Shown piece by piece: positions 30,653 to 40,582 of a DNA stretch of 64,000 nucleotides. This stretch comes from an uncultured Acidobacteriota bacterium (GTDB lineage: Bacteria > Acidobacteriota > JAQAZP01): positions 32,001 to 96,000 of the forward strand of contig CAWIIB010000001.1 in NCBI GenBank assembly GCA_963836075.1, read 5' to 3'. The stretch's first letter is position 1; each line of letters begins with the position of its first letter. The notes beneath the pieces are model-generated. The model was not told where the DNA came from and ran no database searches. It worked only from the letters and a program-made list of their open reading frames with translations. Made by a program: the position numbers and the translations under genes.

Positions 30653-31870
30653 TCATTCCCCATCCAGCGGAATACGCACCGTAAAGGCCGTTCCCTCTCC
30701 CGGTTTACTCTCCAGGTCGATGGTGCCGCCGTGGAGCTCCACCAGCTGTTTGACCAGGGACAGGCCGATGCCGATGCCACCGTGCCGGCGCCGGGTGGAG
30801 CCGTCGATCTGGTGAAATATGTCAAAAACGTATTGCTGATTTTCCGCGGGGATGCCGATCCCCGAATCGCAGACTTTGAGGCAGACCATGTCCTCCTGCC
30901 GGAAACTGGCCAGGGTCACCGCCCCGCCCTCCCTGGAAAACTTGATCGCGTTGGCCAGCAGGTTGGTGATGATCTGTTCGATCTTCGACGGGTCGGCGAT
31001 AACCGGCGGCAGGTCCGGATCAAGATCCAGGGAGAGCGAGAGGCCCTTGTGGGAAGCGCTCTCCCGTCCCGCTTCAATCGCCTGCTCGATGCACCCGTTG
31101 AGGTCCGTGGGCATGCGCAATACCTCGGCCTTGCCGGCCACCAGCTGCGAGAGGTCGATCAGGCCCTCCAGCACCCCCTGGAGGCGGGTGGCCTCCTGCC
31201 CGGCCGCGTCAAGACTTTCCATCACCGTCTCCCGGTCCTCGAGGTTCTGGCGAATGATTGACAGGTAGCCCTTCAGCGGCGCCAGGGGAGTGAGGATTTC
31301 ATGGCTCAGGTGGGAAAGGAAGTCGTCCTTCAAACGCATGGAGCGGACCAGCTCCTCGGTCCGCTCCCTGACCCGCTGCTCCAGGCGCTGGTTGCTCTCC
31401 TGGAGCTGGCGCTGATATTCCTGGTTGGACTGGACCAGCCGGCGGTTTCGCACCGCGCGGTTCAGAACGATCCAGAGCTCCCCCAGATTGAGCGGCTTGC
31501 GAATGTAGTCGTAGGCCCCGATCCTGATCGATTCGATGGCGTCTTCCAGGGTGCCGGCGCCGGTGATGATGATCTTCGGCACGTCGGGGTGTTCCTCGTT
31601 GGTCTGACGGATCAGTTCCAGGCCGCTCATTCCGGGCATGGAGAGGTCGGTGATGATGACGTCGAACTGGCTGGTTTTCAGGATCCGAACGGCTTCCTCG
31701 CCGCTCTTGACGGTGGTTGGCCGGTAGCCCTCCATGGTCAACGCCTCGTTGAGCAGCTGGCGGATCACCTCGTCATCGTCCACCACCAGGATCCGGGTTC
31801 CCGACCGTTCCTCGGCGGAGAGGTCCCGCAATGCCGGGGGGCGAGAACCAGGGCTGTCGTCCATTGTCAT
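30653..31870 (-). CDS. Hybrid sensor histidine kinase (REC-HisKA-HATPase)
   Basis: ILVVDDD...TDLSMPGMSG...KP; SHEILTPL; NLLANAIKF; DSGIGI; GIGIGLSLVK. Confidence 0.92.
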   Translation of the reverse strand: MTMDDSPGSRPPALRDLSAEERSGTRILVVDDDEVIRQLLNEALTMEGYRPTTVKSGEEAVRILKTSQFDVIITDLSMPGMSGLELIRQTNEEHPDVPKIIITGAGTLEDAIESIRIGAYDYIRKPLNLGELWIVLNRAVRNRRLVQSNQEYQRQLQESNQRLEQRVRERTEELVRSMRLKDDFLSHLSHEILTPLAPLKGYLSIIRQNLEDRETVMESLDAAGQEATRLQGVLEGLIDLSQLVAGKAEVLRMPTDLNGCIEQAIEAGRESASHKGLSLSLDLDPDLPPVIADPSKIEQIITNLLANAIKFSREGGAVTLASFRQEDMVCLKVCDSGIGIPAENQQYVFDIFHQIDGSTRRRHGGIGIGLSLVKQLVELHGGTIDLESKPGEGTAFTVRIPLDGE

Positions 31871-32035
31871 TTCGATTCCCGTGAACAGTGCGGAATATGA
31901 AGCGGCCAGGGTCAACGGAACCACTCTGCTGAATATAGCGAATCATCCGTAGCGGCGTCAAACCGCCGGCGCCTCTTTTGCTCCGCAAGGGCGCTGGGGC
32001 TTGTCCGGTGAATGAGAACGAGGCCGCGACGCATC

Positions 32036-32064
32036 TTGACTCGGTCCCGGGGACTCCTTATAAT
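32036..32064 (+). promoter_or_regulatory. Sigma70-type promoter of the HEAT-repeat gene
   Basis: TTGACT-17 bp-TATAAT. Confidence 0.7.
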
Positions 32065-32142
32065 CGCCCATCTTGTAATTTATCAGTATCTTAATCGGCA
32101 TTTGGGTGGTCCTGCCCGATACATTCCCCTGAGGTGTTGTCC

Positions 32143-34359
32143 ATGAAAACCGATACGCCCGTCAGAACCGTATTCCTTCGGAACTGTCGTACCGTGACCA
32201 CTGCGCTCCTGCTCCTGTTGCTCCTGGCGGCGGTCCCGGCCATGGCGGCCGACGGAGAACCGACCGCCGACGAGATCAGCGGAATCCTCGACCTTCTGGT
32301 GCAGAAGAACTGGGAGATCCGCGAGAAGCTGATCAAGGAGATCAAGGTTTTGCCCCGGGAGGGCCTGTACCAGTATCTGCAACCGGTGATCATCGGGACG
32401 GAGACCGACCGCAAGCGCCGCCTGGCGGCCATGGCGGTGGCTGCGGCCCGCAGCCTGCCGGCGGCGGAAAATGACTTCCTGGACCTGGCCCGGAACCCCG
32501 ACGAAGAGCTGCGGCTGATGGCGGTTCTCTGCCTCGGCTGGCTGGAGAACCCGGGGCTGGTTCCCGAGCTGGAGCGGATTGCCAAAGAGGATGCGGCCAC
32601 CGATATCCGGGTGGCGGCCATCGAGTCCCTCGACCGGATCGGTGCGGCCGGCGCCCTGGAGACCCTGTACCTGCTGATCGGTCCGGGAGAGCGGAATGTC
32701 CGCATCTCGGCGCTCTATGTCCTCGGCCAGCTGGCCGATCCGGGGTCGCTGCAGCGGATCAAACCGCTGCTGGACGATTCCGATGCCCAGGTGCGGCGCT
32801 ACACCATGTCCATCCTGCGCAAGTTCGACACCGGCCAGGTCATGGAACTGTTGCGCGAAACCTGGCCCGATCTCTCCGCCAGTGCCCGTCAGGATGCGGT
32901 GCGCACCATCGGCCAGCTGAAGGACGCCGGCGCCGTGGCGCTGCTCGATGAATTCGGCAAGGATGCCCCGCTGGACCTCCAGGTCCAGATCGCTTCTTCC
33001 CTGGGTCAGATCGGCGGGCCGGAAGCGGTGGCCATGCTGAGGAGCATGTACGAGGGCAGTGCAGACAAGCTGATGGTCCAGGTGATCCGGTCCCTCGGCG
33101 CGTTGAAAGATTCCGGCTCGGTGGCCATGCTGCTGGACACGCTGGACAGCGGCGACCCCCGGGCCCGCGGCGTGGTGATCGAGGCCCTGGTCCAGATCGG
33201 CGACACCGGCGCGCTGCCCGACCTGATCGAACTGCTCACCGCTGACGATTCGGACCCCGAGCTGCGGGCGGCGCTGATCGGCGCGCTGGGCCGCTTCGGT
33301 GACGCTTCGGTGAACCCCTACCTGCTGGAGATGCTGGAGCAGGAGTCGACCGACGACCAGACCCGGATCAACCTCCTGCTCTCCCTGGGCAACCTGCCGC
33401 AGCCTGGTCTGTGGAAGAAGCTGGCGCCCTGGCTGGAGGACGACAATCCCCAGGTGGCCAATGCCGCCATCTATGCCATCAGCCTGCTGGAGGACCCGGA
33501 GGCGCTGGATGCGCTCTACCCGCTGCTGGAGTCCGACGACATGAACCTGCAGATCTCGGTGCTGACCCTGCTGGCGGAAATGAACGCGCAGGGGTCCGCT
33601 TCCCGGGTGCTCTCCCTGCTGGACAGTGAGAACACCGCGGTGAAGAGCACCGCGATTCAGGTGCTGGGCGTGCTGGAAGACCGGTCGGTGCTCGGCCGTA
33701 TCCGCCGTGAGCTGGAGGAGGCCACCGATCCCAACGTGCGGGTGGCCTCGGTGATGACCCTCGGCGAGCTGAAGGACACGAAATCGGCTGACCGGCTGGC
33801 CGTGCTGCTGGAGAGCGGCGGCCTGGATATGAAGATGGCCTCCATGGAGGCGCTGGGCAAGATCGGCGGCCCGGTGGCCCGCAAGGCGCTGCGCAAGCAG
33901 ATGGAGGAGGGCGAGTTCTGGATCGCCTACGCGGCACGGATCTCGCTGGCCCGGCAGGGCGACCGCCAGGTTCTTGACGGTATCCTCGAAGGGCTGGAGA
34001 ACCCCAACCCGGATGAGCGGGCGGAAACGGTGCGCATGCTCGGCGAGGTGGGCGGCAAGGAAGTGATCGAACCGCTGCTCGGGATGCTGGACGACAGTGC
34101 GGGCATCGGGGTTCCCTCGATCCTGGTTCGCGACTTCATGGTCGGTTCCACGTTCTATTCAGGGAGCGGCGACCGGACCCAGGGAGTGCGCGATGCGGCG
34201 GTGGAGGCGTTGAAGATGGCCACCGGCACGTCGTTCGACTGGTCGGTGTTCGGGACCGACGAGGAGAAAAAGGCCGCCGCCCAGCGCTGGCGCACCTGGT
34301 GGGCCGAAGAAGGCGACACCTTCGAACTGCCGGCCGAACCGCAGTACCCGCAGCAGTGA
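32143..34359 (+). CDS. Secreted HEAT/PBS-lyase repeat protein
   Basis: Signal peptide LLLLLLLAAVPAMA, followed by many ~31-aa repeats of the VR..A..ALG.LGD..A...L..LL.D type. Confidence 0.85.
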   Translation: MKTDTPVRTVFLRNCRTVTTALLLLLLLAAVPAMAADGEPTADEISGILDLLVQKNWEIREKLIKEIKVLPREGLYQYLQPVIIGTETDRKRRLAAMAVAAARSLPAAENDFLDLARNPDEELRLMAVLCLGWLENPGLVPELERIAKEDAATDIRVAAIESLDRIGAAGALETLYLLIGPGERNVRISALYVLGQLADPGSLQRIKPLLDDSDAQVRRYTMSILRKFDTGQVMELLRETWPDLSASARQDAVRTIGQLKDAGAVALLDEFGKDAPLDLQVQIASSLGQIGGPEAVAMLRSMYEGSADKLMVQVIRSLGALKDSGSVAMLLDTLDSGDPRARGVVIEALVQIGDTGALPDLIELLTADDSDPELRAALIGALGRFGDASVNPYLLEMLEQESTDDQTRINLLLSLGNLPQPGLWKKLAPWLEDDNPQVANAAIYAISLLEDPEALDALYPLLESDDMNLQISVLTLLAEMNAQGSASRVLSLLDSENTAVKSTAIQVLGVLEDRSVLGRIRRELEEATDPNVRVASVMTLGELKDTKSADRLAVLLESGGLDMKMASMEALGKIGGPVARKALRKQMEEGEFWIAYAARISLARQGDRQVLDGILEGLENPNPDERAETVRMLGEVGGKEVIEPLLGMLDDSAGIGVPSILVRDFMVGSTFYSGSGDRTQGVRDAAVEALKMATGTSFDWSVFGTDEEKKAAAQRWRTWWAEEGDTFELPAEPQYPQQ

Positions 34360-34363
34360 GCGG

Positions 34364-35668
34364 TCAGACCAGCCGGCCGTCGTGCAGAACCACGCGGCCC
34401 TGCTTGACCACGGTTTCCGCGTGGGTCTTGCCGAAGTGGTAGCAGAGGGTCCGGTAGTCCGGGGCGTCGAGGATCACGGCGTCACCGGCGGCCCCGGGGC
34501 TCAACGATCCAATGGCCCCTTCCAGCCCCAGGGCGCCCGCGGCGTATCGCGTAGCGCCCAGCAGCGCCTCTGCCGGAGTCATGCGCATCATGGTGCAGGC
34601 CATGGTCAGCACCAGGGGCAGTGACTGGGTCATGCACGACCCGGGATTGAAGTCGGTGGCCAGGGCCACCGGCAGGCCCATGGTGATCATCCGCCTGGCA
34701 TCCGGCAAGGGCCCGGCGCCGAGAAAGAAGACGCAGCCGGGCAGCAGTACGGCGCTGACGCCGGCCCGGGCCATGGAATCCATCCCCCCCTCGTTGGTGA
34801 ACTCCAGGTGGTCGGCGGATACCGCCCCCACGTCAGCGGCCAGAGCGGCGCCGCCGGTGTCGGACAACTGGTCGGCGTGGACCTTGGGCCGCAGGCCGTG
34901 GTCCAGGCCGGCCCGCAGCACCCGTTCGGCCTCGGCGCGGGTGTAGACGCCGGTTTCGCAAAACACGTCACAGAAGGACGCCAGTTTTCTCCGGCCCACC
35001 TCGGGAATCATCTCTCCGATCACCAGGTCGAGGTAGCGCTGCTTGCCACCCTCCACGCGATATTCGGCCGGCACCTCGTGGGCGCCGAGAAAGGTGGCCA
35101 GCACATCCACCGGGTGGCGTCGTCCGATTTCCGCGGCCACCTCCAGCATCTTGATCTCGGTGGCGGTCTCCAGGCCATAGCCGCTCTTCACCTCCACCGT
35201 GGTCACCCCCTGGCGCAGGCATTCGTCCAGACGCTGCAGGCCGCTGGCCACCAGTTCTTCAGCCGTCGCCGCCCGGGTGGAGGCCACCGTGCTGAGAATG
35301 CCCCCGCCCTCGCGGGCGATCTCGGCATAGCTGCGGCCCTGGATCCGCCACTCGAACTCCCGCTCCCGGGAGCCGCCGTGCACCAGGTGGGTGTGGCAGT
35401 CCACCAGTCCGGGGATCACCGCCCGGCCGCCGGCGTCGATCCACGTGCCCTGGAACTGGCCCGGCGGCTGCGGAGGCAGATCATCGGACGGACCGGCCCA
35501 GGAGACCGCTCCACCGCTGATCACCAGGGCGCCGCCTTCCACCAGACCCAGACGTTCTTCGGCCGGGGCGCCGTGGGGAACATCCAGCGGTACGGTGAGC
35601 AACTGCGATGCGTTGCTGATCACCAGCTCGGCGTGTGAAAGATCTGGAATGGCATTGCCGGTATTCAT
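34364..35668 (-). CDS. hutI: Imidazolonepropionase
   Basis: PGLVDCHTH, EVKSGYGL, TFLGAH, DVFCE, HADQL, ALATDFNPG. Confidence 0.93.
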   Translation of the reverse strand: MNTGNAIPDLSHAELVISNASQLLTVPLDVPHGAPAEERLGLVEGGALVISGGAVSWAGPSDDLPPQPPGQFQGTWIDAGGRAVIPGLVDCHTHLVHGGSREREFEWRIQGRSYAEIAREGGGILSTVASTRAATAEELVASGLQRLDECLRQGVTTVEVKSGYGLETATEIKMLEVAAEIGRRHPVDVLATFLGAHEVPAEYRVEGGKQRYLDLVIGEMIPEVGRRKLASFCDVFCETGVYTRAEAERVLRAGLDHGLRPKVHADQLSDTGGAALAADVGAVSADHLEFTNEGGMDSMARAGVSAVLLPGCVFFLGAGPLPDARRMITMGLPVALATDFNPGSCMTQSLPLVLTMACTMMRMTPAEALLGATRYAAGALGLEGAIGSLSPGAAGDAVILDAPDYRTLCYHFGKTHAETVVKQGRVVLHDGRLV

Positions 35669-35736
35669 GGTCGTCTCCTCTGGCGGAGTATAGCGGAAGG
35701 GCTCCGGGCCGATCAACGCGGCACGGACCGGGTCGC

Positions 35737-35765
35737 TTGACCCGTCATTACGCGGCGAATACTAT
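35737..35765 (+). promoter_or_regulatory. Sigma70-type promoter directly before the ABC exporter start codon
   Basis: TTGACC-17 bp-TACTAT; ATG follows after a 6-nt gap, with no RBS. Confidence 0.55.
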
Positions 35766-35771
35766 GTGCGG

Positions 35772-37596
35772 ATGAAGAAACTCATCCGCATCTTCAGTTA
35801 CGCCCGACCATACAAGGGCCGGATGGCGGTGATGCTGGCCTGCATGCTGGGCGCGCACCCTGATCTCCCTGATGCCGGTGGCCATTTCCGCGCGATTTCA
35901 TCAACGTGCTGACCGGGGAGTCGGAGTCGGTTTCCAAGCTGCCCGAACAGCTGGGCGGTGCTTATCTCAATCGGATCATTGCCACCGGCGATACGCTGGC
36001 TGATGATCGAACTGCTCATCGCCGTGATGATCGCGGTGGCCCTGATCCGGCACCGGGCTCTCCCTGCTCCAGGCCTGGCTCTTCGGCAAGGTCGGAGCAC
36101 TGCTGATCTTCGATGTGCGCAAACAGCTCTTCGACCACCTGCAGCAACTCTCTCTCAAGTTTTACCAGCGCCGGGAGACCGGTGAGCTGATGTCCCGGAT
36201 CCTCAATGACGTGGGCACCATCCAGAGCATGCTCACCTCCACCTTCCTCAGCTTTATCACCAACATTTTCGCCGTGATCGTCTTCTTCGGGCTCTGATGC
36301 ACATGAACTGGCGGCTGACCCTCTTCTCCATGCTGATCCTGCCGCCGATGGTGCTCAACGTCCGGCTGTTCAACTTCCGTATCCGCCGGATCAGCCGTCT
36401 GGGAATGGAGAAGATGGCCGAGGTCTCCTCCTACCTCCAGGAATCGTTCACCGGCATCCGGGTGGTGCAGTCGTTCACCGGTGAGGAGCGGCGGAAGAAA
36501 GGGATTCCGTCAGCTGGCCCGGCAGCTGGTCTCCCTCGGCGTGCGGGCCGTGATGCTGGGAACGTTCCAGGCCCAGGTGGCCTCGCTGGTGATCACCGCC
36601 GGGACGGTGGGCATCCTCTGGTACGGGGCGCGGCTCCAGGCCCAGGGACTGATGGACTGGGGCAGCATCTTCGCCTTCTTCGTCCTGCTGATGATGTTCA
36701 TCGGGCCGATGACCGGGCTGATCCAGATCAACGTCCAGATTCAGGGCGCCCTGGCCGCCTTCGACCGGATCTTCGATCTGCTGGATCGCCGGCCCGAGGT
36801 GACCGACCGCCCCGGCGCCGTTGATATCGAAGGTGTGGCGCGGGGGATCGATTTTGATGGAGTGACCTTTGCCTACGAGGAAGGACGGCCGGTGCTGCAC
36901 GGGGTGACATTCAAGGTTGGCCGGGGGGAGACGGTGGCCCTGGTGGGGCCGTCCGGCGCGGGCAAGACCACCATGGTCAACCTGCTCTGCCGCTTCTACG
37001 ACCCCCAGGAGGGGCGGATCGAGATCGACGGCCGCGACCTGCGGGACGTCACCATCGACTCCCTGCGCCGGCGGATCGGCATCGTCGACCAGGAGACCTT
37101 TCTGTTCAACGACAGCCTGCTGGAGAACATCCGTTTCGGCCGGGACGTCAGCCTGGATGAAGTGACTGCCGCCACCAGGGCGGCCTATATCCACGACTAC
37201 ATCGAAGGGCTGCCCGAAGGGTACGAGACCGTGGTGGGGGAGCGGGGGGTGAGCCTTTCCGGCGGGCAGCGGCAGCGCATCGCCATCGCCCGGGCGATCC
37301 TCAAGAACCCGCCGGTTCTCATCCTTGACGAAGCCACCTCCTCGCTCGACTCGCAGTCCGAACGGTATATCCAGCTGGCCCTGGAAAAACTGATGACCGA
37401 CCGCACGGCGTTCATCATCGCCCACCGGCTCTCCACGGTGCAGCAGGCCGACCTGGTGCTGGTGCTCGAGGAGGGACGGGTGGTGCAGGCCGGGACCTAC
37501 AGCGAACTGCTGGCCGCCGATGGCCTGTTCCGCCGCCTCCACGACGAGCAGTTCAGAGGTTCGGCAGGGCCGGCGGCGGAAGATGCCCTCTCCTGA
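35772..37596 (+). CDS. ABC transporter fused permease/ATPase (MsbA-like exporter; frameshifts in the 5' half)
   Basis: RKQLFDHLQQLSLKFY..TGELMSRI; GPSGAGKTT; LSGGQRQR; LILDEATSSLD; IAHRLST. Confidence 0.9.
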
Positions 37597-37630
37597 CCGC
37601 TGGACAGTTGAGCGGAAGAGGAGTGATGAG

Positions 37631-39169
37631 GTGCCCGAGGTGTTCAACCCCTCCTCGATGAAGCAGGCCATCTGCGTCAGCCTTCCCGGCGGCCGGGTCC
37701 ACGGCCTGCAGCCGCTGAGGGCCGCGCTCTCCACCGCCGCTGACCTGGTGGAGGTGCGCCTGGACCTGTTGCAGGAACCGGGCCGGCTGGAGGCCTGGGT
37801 CTCCGGCTGGAACCTGCCGGTGGTGGTGGCCTGCCGGCGGCAGGAGGACGGTGGCCGGTTCAGCGGATCGGAAGAGGAACGATTGGAGCTGCTGCAGCGG
37901 GCGGCACGGTCCGGGGCTGCCCTGGTGGACCTGGAGGACCACGCCGCATCGCTGATCCAGCGGACCGGATGGCCCTCCCGCACGCGGTTCATGCTCTCGA
38001 AGCACGACAGCTCCGGTCCGTTTTCGCGGCCGCTGACCGAGCTCTACCGCGAGCTGGCCTCCCTGGCCCCCGCGGCGGTGAAGCTGGTGCCCACGGCCCG
38101 CTGCCTGGAGGACGGGTTCCGCTTCCTCGAACAGCTGGAGGAACTCTCCGGGCGTATCGGTCCGGGAGATCCCCCACTCTCCGCTTTTTGCATGGGCGGC
38201 CCCGGTATCTTTACCCGCATCCTCGCCTTTTCCCGTGGTTCAGCCCTGGTCTATGCGTCCACGGCCCAGGATACCCCGGTGGCTCCGGGCCAGCTCACCG
38301 TGGACCAGCTGCTCGGCATCTACCGCTCCAGGGACCTGGGCCGGGATACCTGCTGCACCGGCATCCTCGGTGACCGGGTTGCCGGTTCCCTGTCACCGCT
38401 GATCCACAACCGGCTCTACCGTCGTCTCGGTCTGGACCGCTGCTACCTGCCCCTTCCGGCCGCCTCTTCCGAACTGCGTGGTCTGCTGCACCGGTTCAGT
38501 GCCGGGGACCTTCCCCTGGACCTGGGCGGGCTCAGCGTCACCGCCCCGTTCAAGATGGCCGTGATTCCGCTGGTGCACCAGCTCTCCTCCTGCGCCGGCC
38601 GGGCCGGGGCGGTGAACACCCTGGTCCGGCGCCGTTCCGGAGAACTGCGGGGCTACAACACCGACGTGCACGGGGTGCTGGCCACCCTGCGCCGCTCCGG
38701 TGCCGGTCCGTTCCAGGGGAAGAAGGCCCTGGTGATCGGCGCCGGGGGTGCTGCCCGGGCCGCGGCCCTGGCTCTTGACCGGCTGGGCATGCGGCTGGCT
38801 GTGGCCAACCGCACCGTCTCCCGGGCCACGAAGCTGGCCGGGGAGTGGGGCGGTGAGGGCGGTGGTCTGGACGATTTTCACGGTGCGGGTTTCCACCTGG
38901 TGGTCAACACCACCGCTGTATCCGCGGATGACCGCTTGCCCTCGTTCCAGCTGGTGGACAACAGCACCACCATTTTCGATCTCAACTACCACCCGCCGCT
39001 GACCCCGCTGCTGGCTGCCGGGAGACGTCTGGGCTGCCCCACGCTGGACGGGCTGGAGATGCTGGCCTGCCAGGGTGAGCGGCAGTTCCGGCTGTTCACC
39101 GGGGTCAAGCCTCCCCCGGGGGCGATGCTCGACATTCTGCGGGCCGTGGGCGGTGGGGGAGGAGAGTGA
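37631..39169 (+). CDS. aroE: Bifunctional type I 3-dehydroquinate dehydratase / shikimate dehydrogenase (start uncertain)
   Basis: VEVRLD, GGRFSGSEEER, APGQ (AroD part); SLSPLIHN, SVTAPFK, GAVNT, NTD, GAGGAA (AroE part). Confidence 0.85.
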   Translation: MPEVFNPSSMKQAICVSLPGGRVHGLQPLRAALSTAADLVEVRLDLLQEPGRLEAWVSGWNLPVVVACRRQEDGGRFSGSEEERLELLQRAARSGAALVDLEDHAASLIQRTGWPSRTRFMLSKHDSSGPFSRPLTELYRELASLAPAAVKLVPTARCLEDGFRFLEQLEELSGRIGPGDPPLSAFCMGGPGIFTRILAFSRGSALVYASTAQDTPVAPGQLTVDQLLGIYRSRDLGRDTCCTGILGDRVAGSLSPLIHNRLYRRLGLDRCYLPLPAASSELRGLLHRFSAGDLPLDLGGLSVTAPFKMAVIPLVHQLSSCAGRAGAVNTLVRRRSGELRGYNTDVHGVLATLRRSGAGPFQGKKALVIGAGGAARAAALALDRLGMRLAVANRTVSRATKLAGEWGGEGGGLDDFHGAGFHLVVNTTAVSADDRLPSFQLVDNSTTIFDLNYHPPLTPLLAAGRRLGCPTLDGLEMLACQGERQFRLFTGVKPPPGAMLDILRAVGGGGGE

Positions 39170-40494
39170 TGACCGGAACAGCCGGGTCGCAAAAAAGCCT
39201 GGTCATGCCAGCCGTTCTGGATGGCATTCGGGGTGAGGTGCGGCTGCCCGGCTCGAAGAGCATCACCCACCGGGGGCTGGTGCTCGGTGCCCTGGCGGAC
39301 GGCACCACCCGGCTCAGCGGTGCGTCACTCTCCGGAGACTGTGGCCGGACCGTGGATGCCCTCCGCCGGCTGGGAACGGCCGTGACCATGGTGGGGGAGC
39401 AAGGGGAATTCCAGGTGCGTGGATGGGGGGATGATCCGCCCCACAGCTCAGGGCCGCTGGATGCCGGTGAATCCGGAACCACGGCCCGGTTCATGCTGCC
39501 GCTGCTGGCCCTGGGCAACGGCCGCCGTGAACTCCACGGGGGCCCACGGCTCTCCCGGCGCCCCATGGGGGCGCTGGTGGAGGCGCTGCAACTCCTGGGG
39601 GTCGATATTCAGCGCCCGGTCCCTGGCGCCGATCTGCCCCTGGTGCTGCAGGCCTGCGGAGTGGAGGGCGGGGCCGTCACCCTGGACGCCGGCCTCAGCA
39701 GCCAGTTCGCCAGTGCCCTGCTGCTGGCCGCCCCGAGGTTCCGGCACGGGCTGGCCCTCACCCTGGCCGGCGGACGGACGGCCTCCCGTCCCTACCTGGA
39801 GATGACCTGTTCCCTGATGGCCCGTTTTGGCGTCACCGTTGAACTGGAAGGGGAGGGGGTGTTCCGGGTCCCCGCCGGGTCCCGCTACCGCTCCCGGGAG
39901 CTGGTGGTGGAGGGGGACGCTTCCGCGGCCTCCTACTTCTGGGCCGCGGCGGCCGTCTGCGGAGGCGTGGTCCGCTGCACGCCGCTCTCGCCGGATGATT
40001 CGCTGCAGGGCGACATGGACTTTGTCCGCTTGCTGGAGCGCATGGGCTGTGCGGTGCGCAGCGGCCCCGGCTGGGTGGAGGTGCGGGGCGGCGCCCGGCC
40101 GCTCCGGCCGCTGGAGGTCTCCATGAACCGCATGCCCGACCTGGTGCCCACCCTGGCCGTGGCCGCCCTCTTCGCCCGTGGCCGGACCCGGATCACCGGC
40201 GCCGCCCACCTGCGGTGGAAGGAGTCCGACCGGCTGGGCGACCTGGCTCGCGAATTGCGGCGGCTGGGCGGCCTGGTGCAGGAGACGGAGGACGGGCTGG
40301 TGATCGAGGGGGACGGCGGAACGCGGCTGGCCGGGACGGCGGTGGAGACATACAATGACCACCGGATGGCGATGAGCCTTGCCGTGGCCGGCCTGCGCCT
40401 GCCCGGTACGCGTATCAAGGATCCGGACTGCGTGGCCAAGTCGTACCCGGATTTTTTTAACGACCTCTTCAGCCTGGTCGGGGATTCGGGGTAG
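39166..40494 (+). CDS. aroA: 3-phosphoshikimate 1-carboxyvinyltransferase
   Basis: PGSKSITHR, GESGTTARF, SSQFASALL, KESDRL, DHRMAM, KSYP. Confidence 0.95.
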   Translation: MMTGTAGSQKSLVMPAVLDGIRGEVRLPGSKSITHRGLVLGALADGTTRLSGASLSGDCGRTVDALRRLGTAVTMVGEQGEFQVRGWGDDPPHSSGPLDAGESGTTARFMLPLLALGNGRRELHGGPRLSRRPMGALVEALQLLGVDIQRPVPGADLPLVLQACGVEGGAVTLDAGLSSQFASALLLAAPRFRHGLALTLAGGRTASRPYLEMTCSLMARFGVTVELEGEGVFRVPAGSRYRSRELVVEGDASAASYFWAAAAVCGGVVRCTPLSPDDSLQGDMDFVRLLERMGCAVRSGPGWVEVRGGARPLRPLEVSMNRMPDLVPTLAVAALFARGRTRITGAAHLRWKESDRLGDLARELRRLGGLVQETEDGLVIEGDGGTRLAGTAVETYNDHRMAMSLAVAGLRLPGTRIKDPDCVAKSYPDFFNDLFSLVGDSG

Positions 40495-40582
40495 AATGGC
40501 GCCCGCGGCGGGGAAGGAGCCCGCACCGCGAGTTCGACTGAAGATTCAATTGCCGGAAACCGAGGGATAACAGGTACCATTC

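Noticed and set aside
34364-35668. hutI without hutH/hutU/hutG as a sign of a novel pathway
   Set aside because: hut genes are often dispersed and the rest of the genome is not visible.
37631-39169. AroD-AroE fusion as a novelty
   Set aside because: Such bifunctional enzymes are already known in plants and several bacterial phyla.
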